64,000 nt of DNA, taken from assembly GCA_963675595.2 (NCBI GenBank), contig CAXXLZ010000002.1:4576001-4640000 (forward strand). The letters run 5' to 3'. Shown piece by piece: positions 19,586-28,070 of this stretch. The number at the start of each line of letters is the position of its first letter. The stretch's first letter is position 1. The DNA is from Thermodesulfobacteriota bacterium. GTDB taxonomy: Bacteria > Desulfobacterota > Desulfarculia > JACQYL01. Under the pieces are notes generated by a model that did not search any database, had not been told where the DNA came from, and was given only the letters and a program-made list of their open reading frames with translations. A program made the translations under genes and the position numbers.

Positions 19586-20848
19586 ATGTATCTCTTTCTG
19601 ATCTCTTTTCTCATCACATACGGAACTCTTCATTTATACTTTTACAGGAACTTCGTTCGTTCTCGACCTCGGAGGTTCAAGGGGCGACGTGCGTTGGTCG
19701 TCGCCTTGATCATAGGGGTCTTCTCTCCGGTATTGGTCAACCTCTCCCTTCGCTTGGAAAACCGTCTTCTGACCCAGTGCCTCGCCTATGCCGGCTACCT
19801 TTGGATGGCCGGGCTGTTTCTGCACTGCTGCCTGTATGCTTGTTACGACACGCTCCGGTTTTCCACGAGAGCGTTGTCGACGTTTTTTTCCGGGGTAAAG
19901 GGGATCGGCAACCATAACGGCCTGTTCCCGGTCGTATCTTTGACGGTGGTCTGTATCCTGGGCTTTGGGGGATTCGAAGCCCGGCACATTCGTAAGGAAA
20001 CCGTGCGTCTGGAAACCTCGAAACTGCCGCCGGGCGTGGATCGTATTCGTATCGTCCAGGTATCCGATATTCATTTCAGCACGATCAACAACGAATATTT
20101 CGCCGAAGAAGTTGCCGGGCTTCTGAAGAGTCTGAATCCGGATATACTGGTTTCCACGGGTGATCTGATCGACCGGGGCTTATTCGATCGGCGGCGTGTC
20201 GCCGATTTGTTACGGAATTTGGAGACCCCCCTGGGAAAATATGCCGTTGCTGGAAATCATGAGTTCTATGCCGGGCTTGACGACGCCTTGAATTTCACGG
20301 AAAGGGCCGGGTTCAGGGTCTTGCGGAACGAGGCGGTTCGGGTTCATGGTCTTGTGACCGTGGTGGGGGTGGACGATCCGGCCGGAGCCCGCATGGGTCT
20401 GCCTCCGCCCGATGAAAAAGGGGCTTTTTCGGAGGTGCGCGGGGATCTGTACACCTTGCTGCTGAAGCATCGGCCGCGGGTGAATTCCGACACTGTCGGG
20501 CGGTTTGATCTGCAGCTTTCCGGACACACCCACGACGGCCAGATCTTCCCATTCAAGCTTGTTACCGCGATCTTCTATCCTTACATCCGAGGCTTCTTCA
20601 GTTTGGCCGAAGGGGGGGCGCTCTACGTGAGCCGAGGCACCGGCACCTTCGGCCCGCCGGTTCGGTTCCTGGCGCCGCCCGAGGTGACGGTCATAGACCT
20701 GGAGACCGTTCAGGCGGGGGCCGCATCTCGCGACGGGAGTCACGCATGGGGGCGGAGCGTGAGCTTGGATCGAAGGTCCATGAAATCGCGTAAGGAAGGC
20801 CTGTTTGGGACCGGGGACCATCCTGCTTCATCGAACCCGCCACAATGA
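19586..20848 (+). CDS. Membrane-anchored metallophosphoesterase (YkuE/YaeI-like)
   Basis: N-terminal TM segments; SDIH, TGDLID, GNHE, SGHTHDGQ, YVSRGTG. Confidence 0.92.
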   Translation: MYLFLISFLITYGTLHLYFYRNFVRSRPRRFKGRRALVVALIIGVFSPVLVNLSLRLENRLLTQCLAYAGYLWMAGLFLHCCLYACYDTLRFSTRALSTFFSGVKGIGNHNGLFPVVSLTVVCILGFGGFEARHIRKETVRLETSKLPPGVDRIRIVQVSDIHFSTINNEYFAEEVAGLLKSLNPDILVSTGDLIDRGLFDRRRVADLLRNLETPLGKYAVAGNHEFYAGLDDALNFTERAGFRVLRNEAVRVHGLVTVVGVDDPAGARMGLPPPDEKGAFSEVRGDLYTLLLKHRPRVNSDTVGRFDLQLSGHTHDGQIFPFKLVTAIFYPYIRGFFSLAEGGALYVSRGTGTFGPPVRFLAPPEVTVIDLETVQAGAASRDGSHAWGRSVSLDRRSMKSRKEGLFGTGDHPASSNPPQ

Positions 20849-20885
20849 TTCACGATTCACCACATCGCACGGGCGCTTCTTCAAA

Positions 20886-22166
20886 TTACTTCTCGGATGG
20901 GAAAACGACCCCCAACACCTGATCGATTCTCCTGAGTGAGCCCAGAACGAGCCGTCGCCGGACCGGTTCCAGAGCTCCCCTGCGCGCGGCATCCGCCAAC
21001 CCGGAGACTTCCTCGAGGAGACCGTCGAAGGCTCCCCGCACGTCGAGATCATCGTTCATGGCGTTCTCGAAAACATCGAGCAGCGAGGTCGCTTCAGGAC
21101 AAGTCGTCTCCTCCGGGAGAGAATCGGGCTCTTCGATGCCGGCAGAGAGGATATCCACCAACCCCCTGAAATCGTCCAGTTTCTTCGCCGCCCCCTCGAG
21201 TCCCTTGCCGGTTAGGTTCTTTCGGGACCTGTAGTGTCCATAAATCAAGAAGAATCTCAGGTGCTCGGGACGGTATCCGTTCTTGGTGAAATCCTCGATG
21301 TAGACGATGTTTCCCTTGCTCTTGGACATCTTGGCGCCGTCAACGAGCAGATGCTCGCCATGAAGCCAGAACCGGGAGAAGGTTCGCTTTGAGAGCGCTT
21401 CCATTACGGCGATGGTGTAGTCGTGGTGACGGAAAAGGTTGTCCACCCCGCCGCACGCCACGTCGATCTCGAAACCCAGATATTCGGCGATGATGGCTGG
21501 ATCCTGGATGTTCCAGGAGGGCCTCCCTCTGCCGATGGAGGTGTCCCAAGCGGGTTCCCCGACCTTGGCGGAGCCGTGCCACAAAATGAAATCGCCCAGG
21601 TTCCATCGTTGTCCGGGATACGTGTCCTTGCGAAATCGGACTTTTTTCTTGGGCCAGCGAGACATGTCCAACCCAAAAAGTTTACCGAATCCCTCGAATT
21701 TCAGAGGGTCAAAAAAAATGTCCCCTTGGTGACGGTAGGCGTAACCTTCATCCATGAGCCTTTGGACCAAGCGAGCGGCTTCCTGGACGTTTGTGGAGGC
21801 TCGGTGAATCAAGCCGGGCAGTTGAATCCTCAGGCGGGAACTTTCCTCAAAGAATTTTTCTTCGACGGGGTCGACCAATTCCCGAACGGAAAGGCTCTTC
21901 TCCTTGGCTTCGGCAATAGCTTTGTCCTCAACGTCCGTGAAATTGATGACGCGATGTACCCGGTATCCAAGGTACTCGAGGTACCGTTGGAGGACATCTT
22001 CGAAAAGGAAGGTTCGATAGTTGCCCAGGTGCGGCCTGCGGTACACGGAAGGGCCGCAGGTGAACATTTTTACCGAATTGTCCTCTCTAGGGGAGAAGAG
22101 TTCCTTGGTTCGCGTCAGGGTGTTGTTCAGTCGGAGTGAAGGCCTCCGGGAGTCCGGATTCAGCAT
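20886..22166 (-). CDS. Cysteinyl-tRNA synthetase paralogue (atypical active site, no anticodon-binding domain)
   Basis: TCGPSVY..HLGN, NFTDVEDK, DFILW, GRPSW, KMSKSKGN, AMNDDLD; WHIEC is replaced by WNIQD. Confidence 0.85.
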   Translation of the reverse strand: MLNPDSRRPSLRLNNTLTRTKELFSPREDNSVKMFTCGPSVYRRPHLGNYRTFLFEDVLQRYLEYLGYRVHRVINFTDVEDKAIAEAKEKSLSVRELVDPVEEKFFEESSRLRIQLPGLIHRASTNVQEAARLVQRLMDEGYAYRHQGDIFFDPLKFEGFGKLFGLDMSRWPKKKVRFRKDTYPGQRWNLGDFILWHGSAKVGEPAWDTSIGRGRPSWNIQDPAIIAEYLGFEIDVACGGVDNLFRHHDYTIAVMEALSKRTFSRFWLHGEHLLVDGAKMSKSKGNIVYIEDFTKNGYRPEHLRFFLIYGHYRSRKNLTGKGLEGAAKKLDDFRGLVDILSAGIEEPDSLPEETTCPEATSLLDVFENAMNDDLDVRGAFDGLLEEVSGLADAARRGALEPVRRRLVLGSLRRIDQVLGVVFPSEK

Positions 22167-22775
22167 GGTTGCTCCTCATGGAGTTTGACGATGGAAATCT
22201 ATGAAACGGAGCGCCGGCTCAACAGTCCGTTTAAAAGGTCCGATTATTGCGGGCCGGTGGAAAACGATGACACGCTGGGCGCCCAAATCCCGTACAACGA
22301 GCAATACATCCAAGTGCGTCGCAGTGACGTGACGAGAGATGCGGCGCAATGAGGTAGATCGCGCCTGTATCAGTCCGTCAACACGGCCTTGGTGAAAGCC
22401 CCACCGGATTCGACGCCTGCCGCAAGTGAAAACCGCGAGAGGATGTCTTGACGTTGATGGGTAAGAAGCCCTCCGAAAAAGATTGACCACCAGTTTAGCA
22501 TACTCCCGCCGTCATGCCAGTACTTCTATGTTGGGACGTCGAATACGAGCCTCCGGTGTTAAGCACATGAACCGAGGTCGAGCCTGCGATGCACGCGTTC
22601 GGCCCGTTTCCTCAACCGACCCGGTTGCACGCGGCGGAATCCTGATCTGTTTGCTTCGAGTACAGGTTTAAGAGGCCGGATATCCGTTGGATACCCGATA
22701 TCTTCTCCGCTCGGTGTGCGTTAATTTGCAATCTATCGAAAAAGTTGATTCGTTGCCGTGAGAAAGGAAAGGGTT

Positions 22776-22967
22776 ATGCCGATTTATTCCTATGCTTGTC
22801 CGAACTGCGGATTGGAAGAGAGCCGTATCGCCGGAGTGGACGACCGTACCGTGAAATGCACCGGATGTGATCAAGATATGCGTCGAATGACCTCCGATGA
22901 GGATTTGTTTCGGGCCTACTGGGAAACCAGCGATTCCCGAATTGGACGACGGATGGAGAAAAACTGA
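22776..22967 (+). CDS. FmdB-family zinc-ribbon protein
   Basis: MPIYSYACPNCG...CTGC; SD AAGGA upstream. Confidence 0.8.
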   Translation: MPIYSYACPNCGLEESRIAGVDDRTVKCTGCDQDMRRMTSDEDLFRAYWETSDSRIGRRMEKN

Positions 22968-23163
22968 GGATATCCACGCACGGCCGGCCATAATTTCTTC
23001 CACGATTGCATCGTGATCTCCCATGATTAAAATTTTTGTGAGGGCGATGCCCTTAAGAATGCGCTTCGTTCATACGGCGGAGCCGCAGAAGAGCTAGCCG
23101 ATCCGCCTCTGTGCGGTCGGCTGTGAGTGCTGAACGGTTACATCGAGAAAGGAGGTCGTTCAA

Positions 23164-23613
23164 ATGACGGTACCATCCATCAAGAAAAGGAGACCTTTCT
23201 GGATGACGCCCTTCGGAAGGGAGCCATGGGGAGATCTTTGGACCGATCGTTTGTGGCCGGAATGGCCGAGATACGGCGGCGACGAGTTCATACCGGTTTC
23301 CAACTTCTATGAGAAAGACGGCAAGTTTTTTCTGACCGCCGAACTCCCCGGTGTGAAACGGGAGGATATCGGCATCGATATCGACAGCAACGTGGTGACC
23401 ATCTCCGGTAAGCGCCAGTCGGAAAAGGAAGAAGAAGGAGCGGACTACTATTTGAAGGAATCGGCCTACGGTTCTTTTTCCAAGTCTTACCGTCTGCCTG
23501 CGGAGATCGAGGAGGACAAGGTCGAGGCGACGTTCAAGGACGGAGTCCTGAAGGTCGTCATGCCGCATAAGGAAGCGCCGACAAGAAAGAAAATCGAGAT
23601 TACCGAGAAATAG
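23164..23613 (+). CDS. Small heat-shock protein Hsp20
   Basis: AELPGV..EDI, YGSFSKSYRLP, ATFKDGVLKV. Confidence 0.95.
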   Translation: MTVPSIKKRRPFWMTPFGREPWGDLWTDRLWPEWPRYGGDEFIPVSNFYEKDGKFFLTAELPGVKREDIGIDIDSNVVTISGKRQSEKEEEGADYYLKESAYGSFSKSYRLPAEIEEDKVEATFKDGVLKVVMPHKEAPTRKKIEITEK

Positions 23614-23616
23614 ATG

Positions 23617-23646
23617 CATTCCGCCGGGCTGAAGCCCGGCGGAATG
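23617..23646. other. Perfect GC-rich hairpin after hsp20 (transcript stabiliser or terminator-like)
   Basis: CATTCCGCCGGGC-TGAA-GCCCGGCGGAATG, 13-bp stem, no U-tract. Confidence 0.6.
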
Positions 23647-23688
23647 GTCGTCCCCCATGAATTCGTAAGATAAGGAAGGAGTCGCTTC

Positions 23689-23874
23689 ATGAAGGTAAAG
23701 GTGGACGCGAATGTATGTGCAGGCACGGGCAATTGCGAAGCTACCTGCCCAAAGGTATTCGAAGTGAAGGGAGGCGTTTCGCAGGTGATCGCCGACCCGG
23801 TACCCCGGGATCAGGAAGATTGTGCTCGTTCCGCCGTGGATGGGTGCCCCACGGGTGCCATCTCCATTGTTTAG
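23689..23874 (+). CDS. Single-cluster ferredoxin (CxxTxxC type)
   Basis: VDANVCAGTGNCEATCPKVF...GCPTGAI; SD AAGGAG. Confidence 0.9.
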   Translation: MKVKVDANVCAGTGNCEATCPKVFEVKGGVSQVIADPVPRDQEDCARSAVDGCPTGAISIV

Positions 23875-24074
23875 GCGTCCGGCCTTGAAGCGTTTCCCCT
23901 CCTTTTGATGGATTCAAAGACTCTTTCAGATCAATGGTGTATGTAGTCCCGGGGGGGGCGTCCCCCCAATCACCCCTCCGTGCTCTCTCCCTTTCTGTTT
24001 CACCCAAAGTAACGCCGCAAAAGCTTCCGCTGTTTTCAGGAGACCGAGTAACCATGGAGGTACCGGCCACCACT

Positions 24075-24103
24075 TTGACAGTGTGTGCGCGATGCATCAC
24101 AAT
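24075..24103 (+). promoter_or_regulatory. Putative sigma-70 promoter of the PAS sigma-54 activator gene
   Basis: TTGACA-N17-CACAAT. Confidence 0.5.
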
Positions 24104-24207
24104 GCTATGAGGATGTGCACGAATTCGGTTCTTGGTCGATTTCCCGCTCGGTGGGGGAGCACCGCTCCATCCAAGAGGGCGGATTGAGGCCCTGGGAGGG
24201 CGCCGTC

Positions 24208-25590
24208 ATGGCCGAAGCTTCAAAAATGACTCCAAAGACCGACGCCACTACCGAGGCCATCCTGGAAAGCATTTCGGATGGTGTTTTCACGGTGGACTCG
24301 GAGTGGCGCATTACCTCGTTCAATCGAGCGGCCGAGCAGATCACCGGAGTGGCGCGCTCCGACGCTCTGGGACGTCGCTGTTCGGAGGTGTTTCGTTCCA
24401 ACATGTGCACGACGGCCTGCGCGCTGCATGAAACATTGAAGACGGGCAAGCCGATCATCGGTAAATCCGGATTCATCATCGATTCGGAAGGAGAACGGAT
24501 TCCCATCAGCGTTTCCACGGCGGTGCTGCGAAATGCTCGAGGACAGGTCATCGGGGGAGCCGAGACCTTCCGCGATTTGAGCGAAATCGAGGCCTTGCGC
24601 AGAGAACTGGAAGGCCGGTTCCGCGTGGGCGACCTTGTAAGTCATAGTCCCTTGATGCAGAGAGTGTTCGAGGTGCTGCCCGCCGTGGCGGTGAGCCCGA
24701 GTACGGTGCTGATCCTGGGAGAGACCGGCACCGGCAAGGAATTGGTGGCCAGGACCATCCACGATCTGAGCACCCGCAGGGAAGGTCCGTTTGTGGCCGT
24801 GAACTGCGGTGCGCTTCCGGACACGCTTCTTGAATCCGAACTTTTCGGGTACAAGGCCGGAGCCTTTACGGGAGCCGGCAAAGACAAGCCCGGGCGTTTC
24901 GCGTTGGCTCAAGGGGGCACCCTCTTGCTGGATGAAATCGGCGAGGTCAGTCCCGCACTTCAGGTAAGACTCCTCCGAGTGTTGCAGGAACACAAATATG
25001 AACCGCTGGGCTCCGTTCGATCCGAGAATTCCGACGCCCGCATCATTGCGGCCACGAACAAAGACTTGTCGGAACAGGTGCGCAAAAGGGAATTTCGAGA
25101 AGACCTGTACTACCGGGTAAACGTAGTCAGGATCGAACTGCCCCCGCTGCGACGCCGAAAAGAGGATATTCCCCTCTTGGTGGAGGAGTTCATCAAACGC
25201 TTCAATCGACTGCAGGGGAAGTCCGTGGAAGGAGTATCATCCGAGGCCTTCTCTCTGCTGATGGCGCACGACTGGCCCGGAAATGTGCGTGAATTGGAAA
25301 ACGCCGTGGAGCGAGCCTTCGTGCTGTGCAAAGAAGGTTTGATCTCCGTCTCCCATCTTCCCGAGGAACTGACCGCCCACGGCGCGGTCTTGTCTCCCTC
25401 CTCCCAAATCCGTGCGGCCCATGATCTTCTGGATGCCCAGGCCATCCGCACTGCATTGGAGCGGAACCATTACAACCGCACCGCGGCGGCGAGAGAGCTG
25501 GGAATTCATAAGACTACGCTTTTTCGCAGGATCAAGAAGCTGGGCCTCACCCTGCCTCATGCGGATGGGCGTTCGACACACAGAGAGTAG
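24208..25590 (+). CDS. PAS-domain sigma-54 enhancer-binding protein (OrpR-like)
   Basis: PAS with CSEVFRSNMCTTAC (CX8CX3C); GETGTGKE, ESELFG..GAFTGA, LDEIGE, WPGNVREL, Fis-type HTH. Confidence 0.93.
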   Translation: MAEASKMTPKTDATTEAILESISDGVFTVDSEWRITSFNRAAEQITGVARSDALGRRCSEVFRSNMCTTACALHETLKTGKPIIGKSGFIIDSEGERIPISVSTAVLRNARGQVIGGAETFRDLSEIEALRRELEGRFRVGDLVSHSPLMQRVFEVLPAVAVSPSTVLILGETGTGKELVARTIHDLSTRREGPFVAVNCGALPDTLLESELFGYKAGAFTGAGKDKPGRFALAQGGTLLLDEIGEVSPALQVRLLRVLQEHKYEPLGSVRSENSDARIIAATNKDLSEQVRKREFREDLYYRVNVVRIELPPLRRRKEDIPLLVEEFIKRFNRLQGKSVEGVSSEAFSLLMAHDWPGNVRELENAVERAFVLCKEGLISVSHLPEELTAHGAVLSPSSQIRAAHDLLDAQAIRTALERNHYNRTAAARELGIHKTTLFRRIKKLGLTLPHADGRSTHRE

Positions 25591-25635
25591 CGTTATTGCT
25601 ACCATGAAGTGCTCATTAAGTAGCGGAAATGCTAC
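25587..25635. promoter_or_regulatory. Tandem upstream activating sequences (enhancer) for the sigma-54 promoter
   Basis: GTAGC-GTTATT-GCTAC (25587-25602) and GTAGC-GGAAAT-GCTAC (25620-25635), 33 bp apart. Confidence 0.75.
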
Positions 25636-25719
25636 TAATGGTCCCCCCTCGTTCCCCTGCCGATAGGAAAATTATCATCTAATTCCATGGGTTGTCAGCT
25701 TCTATGTGCTCTTCCGGCG

Positions 25720-25736
25720 CCGGCACAATAAATGCT
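25720..25736 (+). promoter_or_regulatory. Sigma-54 (-24/-12) promoter
   Basis: CCGGCACAATAAATGCT: GG(25722-3)-N10-GC(25734-5). Confidence 0.75.
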
Positions 25737-25770
25737 TCATAAGAAGGCATCATTCGGAAGGAGCGACGGG

Positions 25771-26379
25771 ATGACGACAGCGGCGTTTGCGGCCTGGAAA
25801 AATCGAGTGGCACCGGTCTTCGACGTGATTGAGGAGATTCATCTCGTGGAGGCACAAGCGGGACGAATCCTTCGGGAGACCAGAGAGTCGGCGGCGGCGT
25901 CCCTACCGGTGGAACGGGTACTGCGTCTTGTGCAACTGCGCGTGGATACGTTGGTGTGCGGGGCGATCTCCAGGGGCCTGCACGCCATGATCGCCGCTTA
26001 CGGCATCCGGGTCATCCCCTTCGTCGCCGGTGATCTGAACAAAGTGATTCACGCTTGGCTGGGGGGGAAGTTGGAGTCTCCGGCCTTTGCCATGCCGGGT
26101 TGTTTTGGGCGAGGTCCTCGCCGGCTCAGGCCCAAGAACGGCAACCGTGGGGAGGAACATTTCATGATCGGGAAAAAAGGAACGGGAAGCGGCCAGGGGG
26201 GCGGACGCGGCCAAGGCGCGGGAGGTCAAGGAATGGGCCGAATGGGAGGTCGCATGGCGGCCGGTCCGTGCGGTTTCTGTGTGTGTGCGCAATGTGGCCG
26301 CAAAGAACCCCACAAACGGGGCGTACCTTGTCAAGAATTACGGTGCTCGGAGTGCGGCGCCGTAATGGTCAGAGAATAA
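25771..26379 (+). CDS. NifB/NifX-family protein with Gly-rich linker and C-terminal Cys-rich zinc-ribbon
   Basis: RVAPVFD, LVCGAIS, IPFVAG, FAMPGC; C-terminal CVCAQCG..EPH.RGVPC...CSECG; ATG 25771 follows SD AAGGAG. Confidence 0.85.
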   Translation: MTTAAFAAWKNRVAPVFDVIEEIHLVEAQAGRILRETRESAAASLPVERVLRLVQLRVDTLVCGAISRGLHAMIAAYGIRVIPFVAGDLNKVIHAWLGGKLESPAFAMPGCFGRGPRRLRPKNGNRGEEHFMIGKKGTGSGQGGGRGQGAGGQGMGRMGGRMAAGPCGFCVCAQCGRKEPHKRGVPCQELRCSECGAVMVRE

Positions 26380-26416
26380 CCGAGTAATCGTCATCTCAAC
26401 CATGGAGGACTGAAAA

Positions 26417-26794
26417 ATGCCAAGAGGAGACGGAACGGGACCCATGGGAATGGGTTCGATGACCGGACGCGCCGCAGGGCGGTGCGCGGGTTATGGAATG
26501 CCCGGGTACGCGAGTCGTCCGTACGCGGGTGGTTTCGCCGGAGGTTTCGGACGAGGCGGGGGATTCGGCGGCGGAGGACGTGCCTGGATGTGCCGGCGCT
26601 CGGGTCCCGGCTTTTCGGGATGGGCCGGATTCGGTCGAGGTGCGGGCCCTTATGCGTATGCGGGAGCCTACGGGAGGCCGGACCCTGAGACCGAGTCGCA
26701 GGTCTTAAGGGATCAAGCCGATGCCTTGCGGGCGGAACTGGATTTCATTGAAAAGCGGCTTTCGGAAATGAGCGCTCGATCCGACCGCGACTAG
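26417..26794 (+). CDS. DUF5320-family Gly-rich protein
   Basis: MPRGDGTGPMGMGSMTGRAAGRC, Gly/Arg-rich middle, C-terminal coiled coil. Confidence 0.88.
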   Translation: MPRGDGTGPMGMGSMTGRAAGRCAGYGMPGYASRPYAGGFAGGFGRGGGFGGGGRAWMCRRSGPGFSGWAGFGRGAGPYAYAGAYGRPDPETESQVLRDQADALRAELDFIEKRLSEMSARSDRD

Positions 26795-26854
26795 CGGACG
26801 CGCGTCCCGCCGCATGCAATGCGGCGGGCGGGCAAAAGCCGGACGGAAGAAGTG

Positions 26855-27853
26855 ATGAAAACCATCGGATTTCGGCATGTGTACGGGCCCGTGCCTTCGA
26901 GGCGCCTGGGGCGATCTCTCGGGGTCGATCTGGTGCCGTACAAGACCTGCACCTTTGACTGTATTTATTGTCAACTGGGGCGGACGACGAACAGGACACT
27001 GCAACGGCGGTACTACGTGCCTGCGGAAGAGATTCTTGAAGAGCTCGATAGGAAGTTGTCCGAAGGGAATCCGCCTGATTACGTCACGCTCGCGGGTTCG
27101 GGGGAGCCCACCCTCCACAGCGGTTTGGAGGAAATCATTCGTAGAGTCAAAGCCTTAACGTCGGTTCCCGTTGTCGTGCTGACCAACGGATCACTGCTGT
27201 GGATGACCGAAGTCCGTGACGCCCTCATGGAGGCCGATGTGGTCGTGCCCTCATTGGACGCCGGGGATGAAGTGGGCTTTCGCAAAGTCAACCGACCGGT
27301 GGCCGGCATCCGATTCCATCAGATGGTGGAGGGTATGATTTCGTTCACTCGGCGCTTTTCGGGCGAGGTATGGTTGGAGGTTTTTCTCCTGGAAGGAATC
27401 AACGACTCCCCGGTCGAAGTTGGAAAGATGGCCAAAACGGCACAACGTATGGGGCCGACGAGAATTCAACTGAACACGGTGGCGAGGCCCCCCGCGGAGC
27501 GTTTTGCGCGGCCGGTTTCTTCGGATCGGTTGCAGGAGCTGAAGGCGTTGTTTCCGGGTCGGGTGGAAATCGTTTGTGATGTTGCGCCGGCCGGCTCTGC
27601 CTTATCGACCCTTTCGGGGGCGCGGGATGCGGAAATCCGAGCCTTGTTGCATCGGCGCCCCTGCACGGCCGGCGATGTTGCCGCGGGTTTGGGCATTCAC
27701 ATGGCGGAAGTGCTCAAGCACCTGAGTTGCCTGGTGGACGCCGGTGAAGTGAAGGCGGTGGATGTGAGCGGGGACACGTTCTATCTGGCCGTTGACCTCC
27801 TCGCCGGATCAGCGTTGGAGCCGGAGAAAACGGAGACGGGCAAAGAGGGGTGA
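26855..27853 (+). CDS. Radical SAM Fe-S oxidoreductase (COG0731-like) with C-terminal HTH-like region
   Basis: YGPVPSRRLGRSLGVD, CTFDCIYCQLG, GSGEPTL, LTNGSL. Confidence 0.9.
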   Translation: MKTIGFRHVYGPVPSRRLGRSLGVDLVPYKTCTFDCIYCQLGRTTNRTLQRRYYVPAEEILEELDRKLSEGNPPDYVTLAGSGEPTLHSGLEEIIRRVKALTSVPVVVLTNGSLLWMTEVRDALMEADVVVPSLDAGDEVGFRKVNRPVAGIRFHQMVEGMISFTRRFSGEVWLEVFLLEGINDSPVEVGKMAKTAQRMGPTRIQLNTVARPPAERFARPVSSDRLQELKALFPGRVEIVCDVAPAGSALSTLSGARDAEIRALLHRRPCTAGDVAAGLGIHMAEVLKHLSCLVDAGEVKAVDVSGDTFYLAVDLLAGSALEPEKTETGKEG

Positions 27854-27872
27854 CGGCCGATTGGAGAGGATT

Positions 27873-28070
27873 TTGTCGCGTCCGGAAGAGCGGTTGTTTG
27901 CGTCGACGAGTGTGGGATGCGGAACCTGCTCCGAATTTTGCCCGAGTGTATCTGAACTCGACGAGGAGGAAGGAAAGGCGGTCGCGATCCTCGCCGAAAG
28001 AAGCCCGGAGGATTTCATGAAAAAGGCCGTGACCTTATGCCGGGCGGAGTGCATTCATTGGGAAAAATGA
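27873..28070 (+). pseudogene. Frameshifted single-cluster ferredoxin
   Basis: One frame reads AVVCVDEC up to 27913; another continues VGCGTCSEFCP...ECIHWEK; consistent with loss of GT from TGTGTG. Confidence 0.6.

Noticed and set aside
20700-20848. About 45-aa extra C-terminal tail on the metallophosphoesterase
   Set aside because: Looks like neutral stop-codon drift; no motif
22167-22775. Possible non-canonical tRNA (selC*-type) or T-box next to the CysRS paralogue; GGATTCGAC near 22405; small ORFs
   Set aside because: No cloverleaf, acceptor stem or T-box consensus could be built; the ORFs lack recognisable features
25732-25770. ORF-track start at 25732 for the NifX gene
   Set aside because: That ATG lies within the sigma-54 -12 element; ATG 25771 has a proper SD
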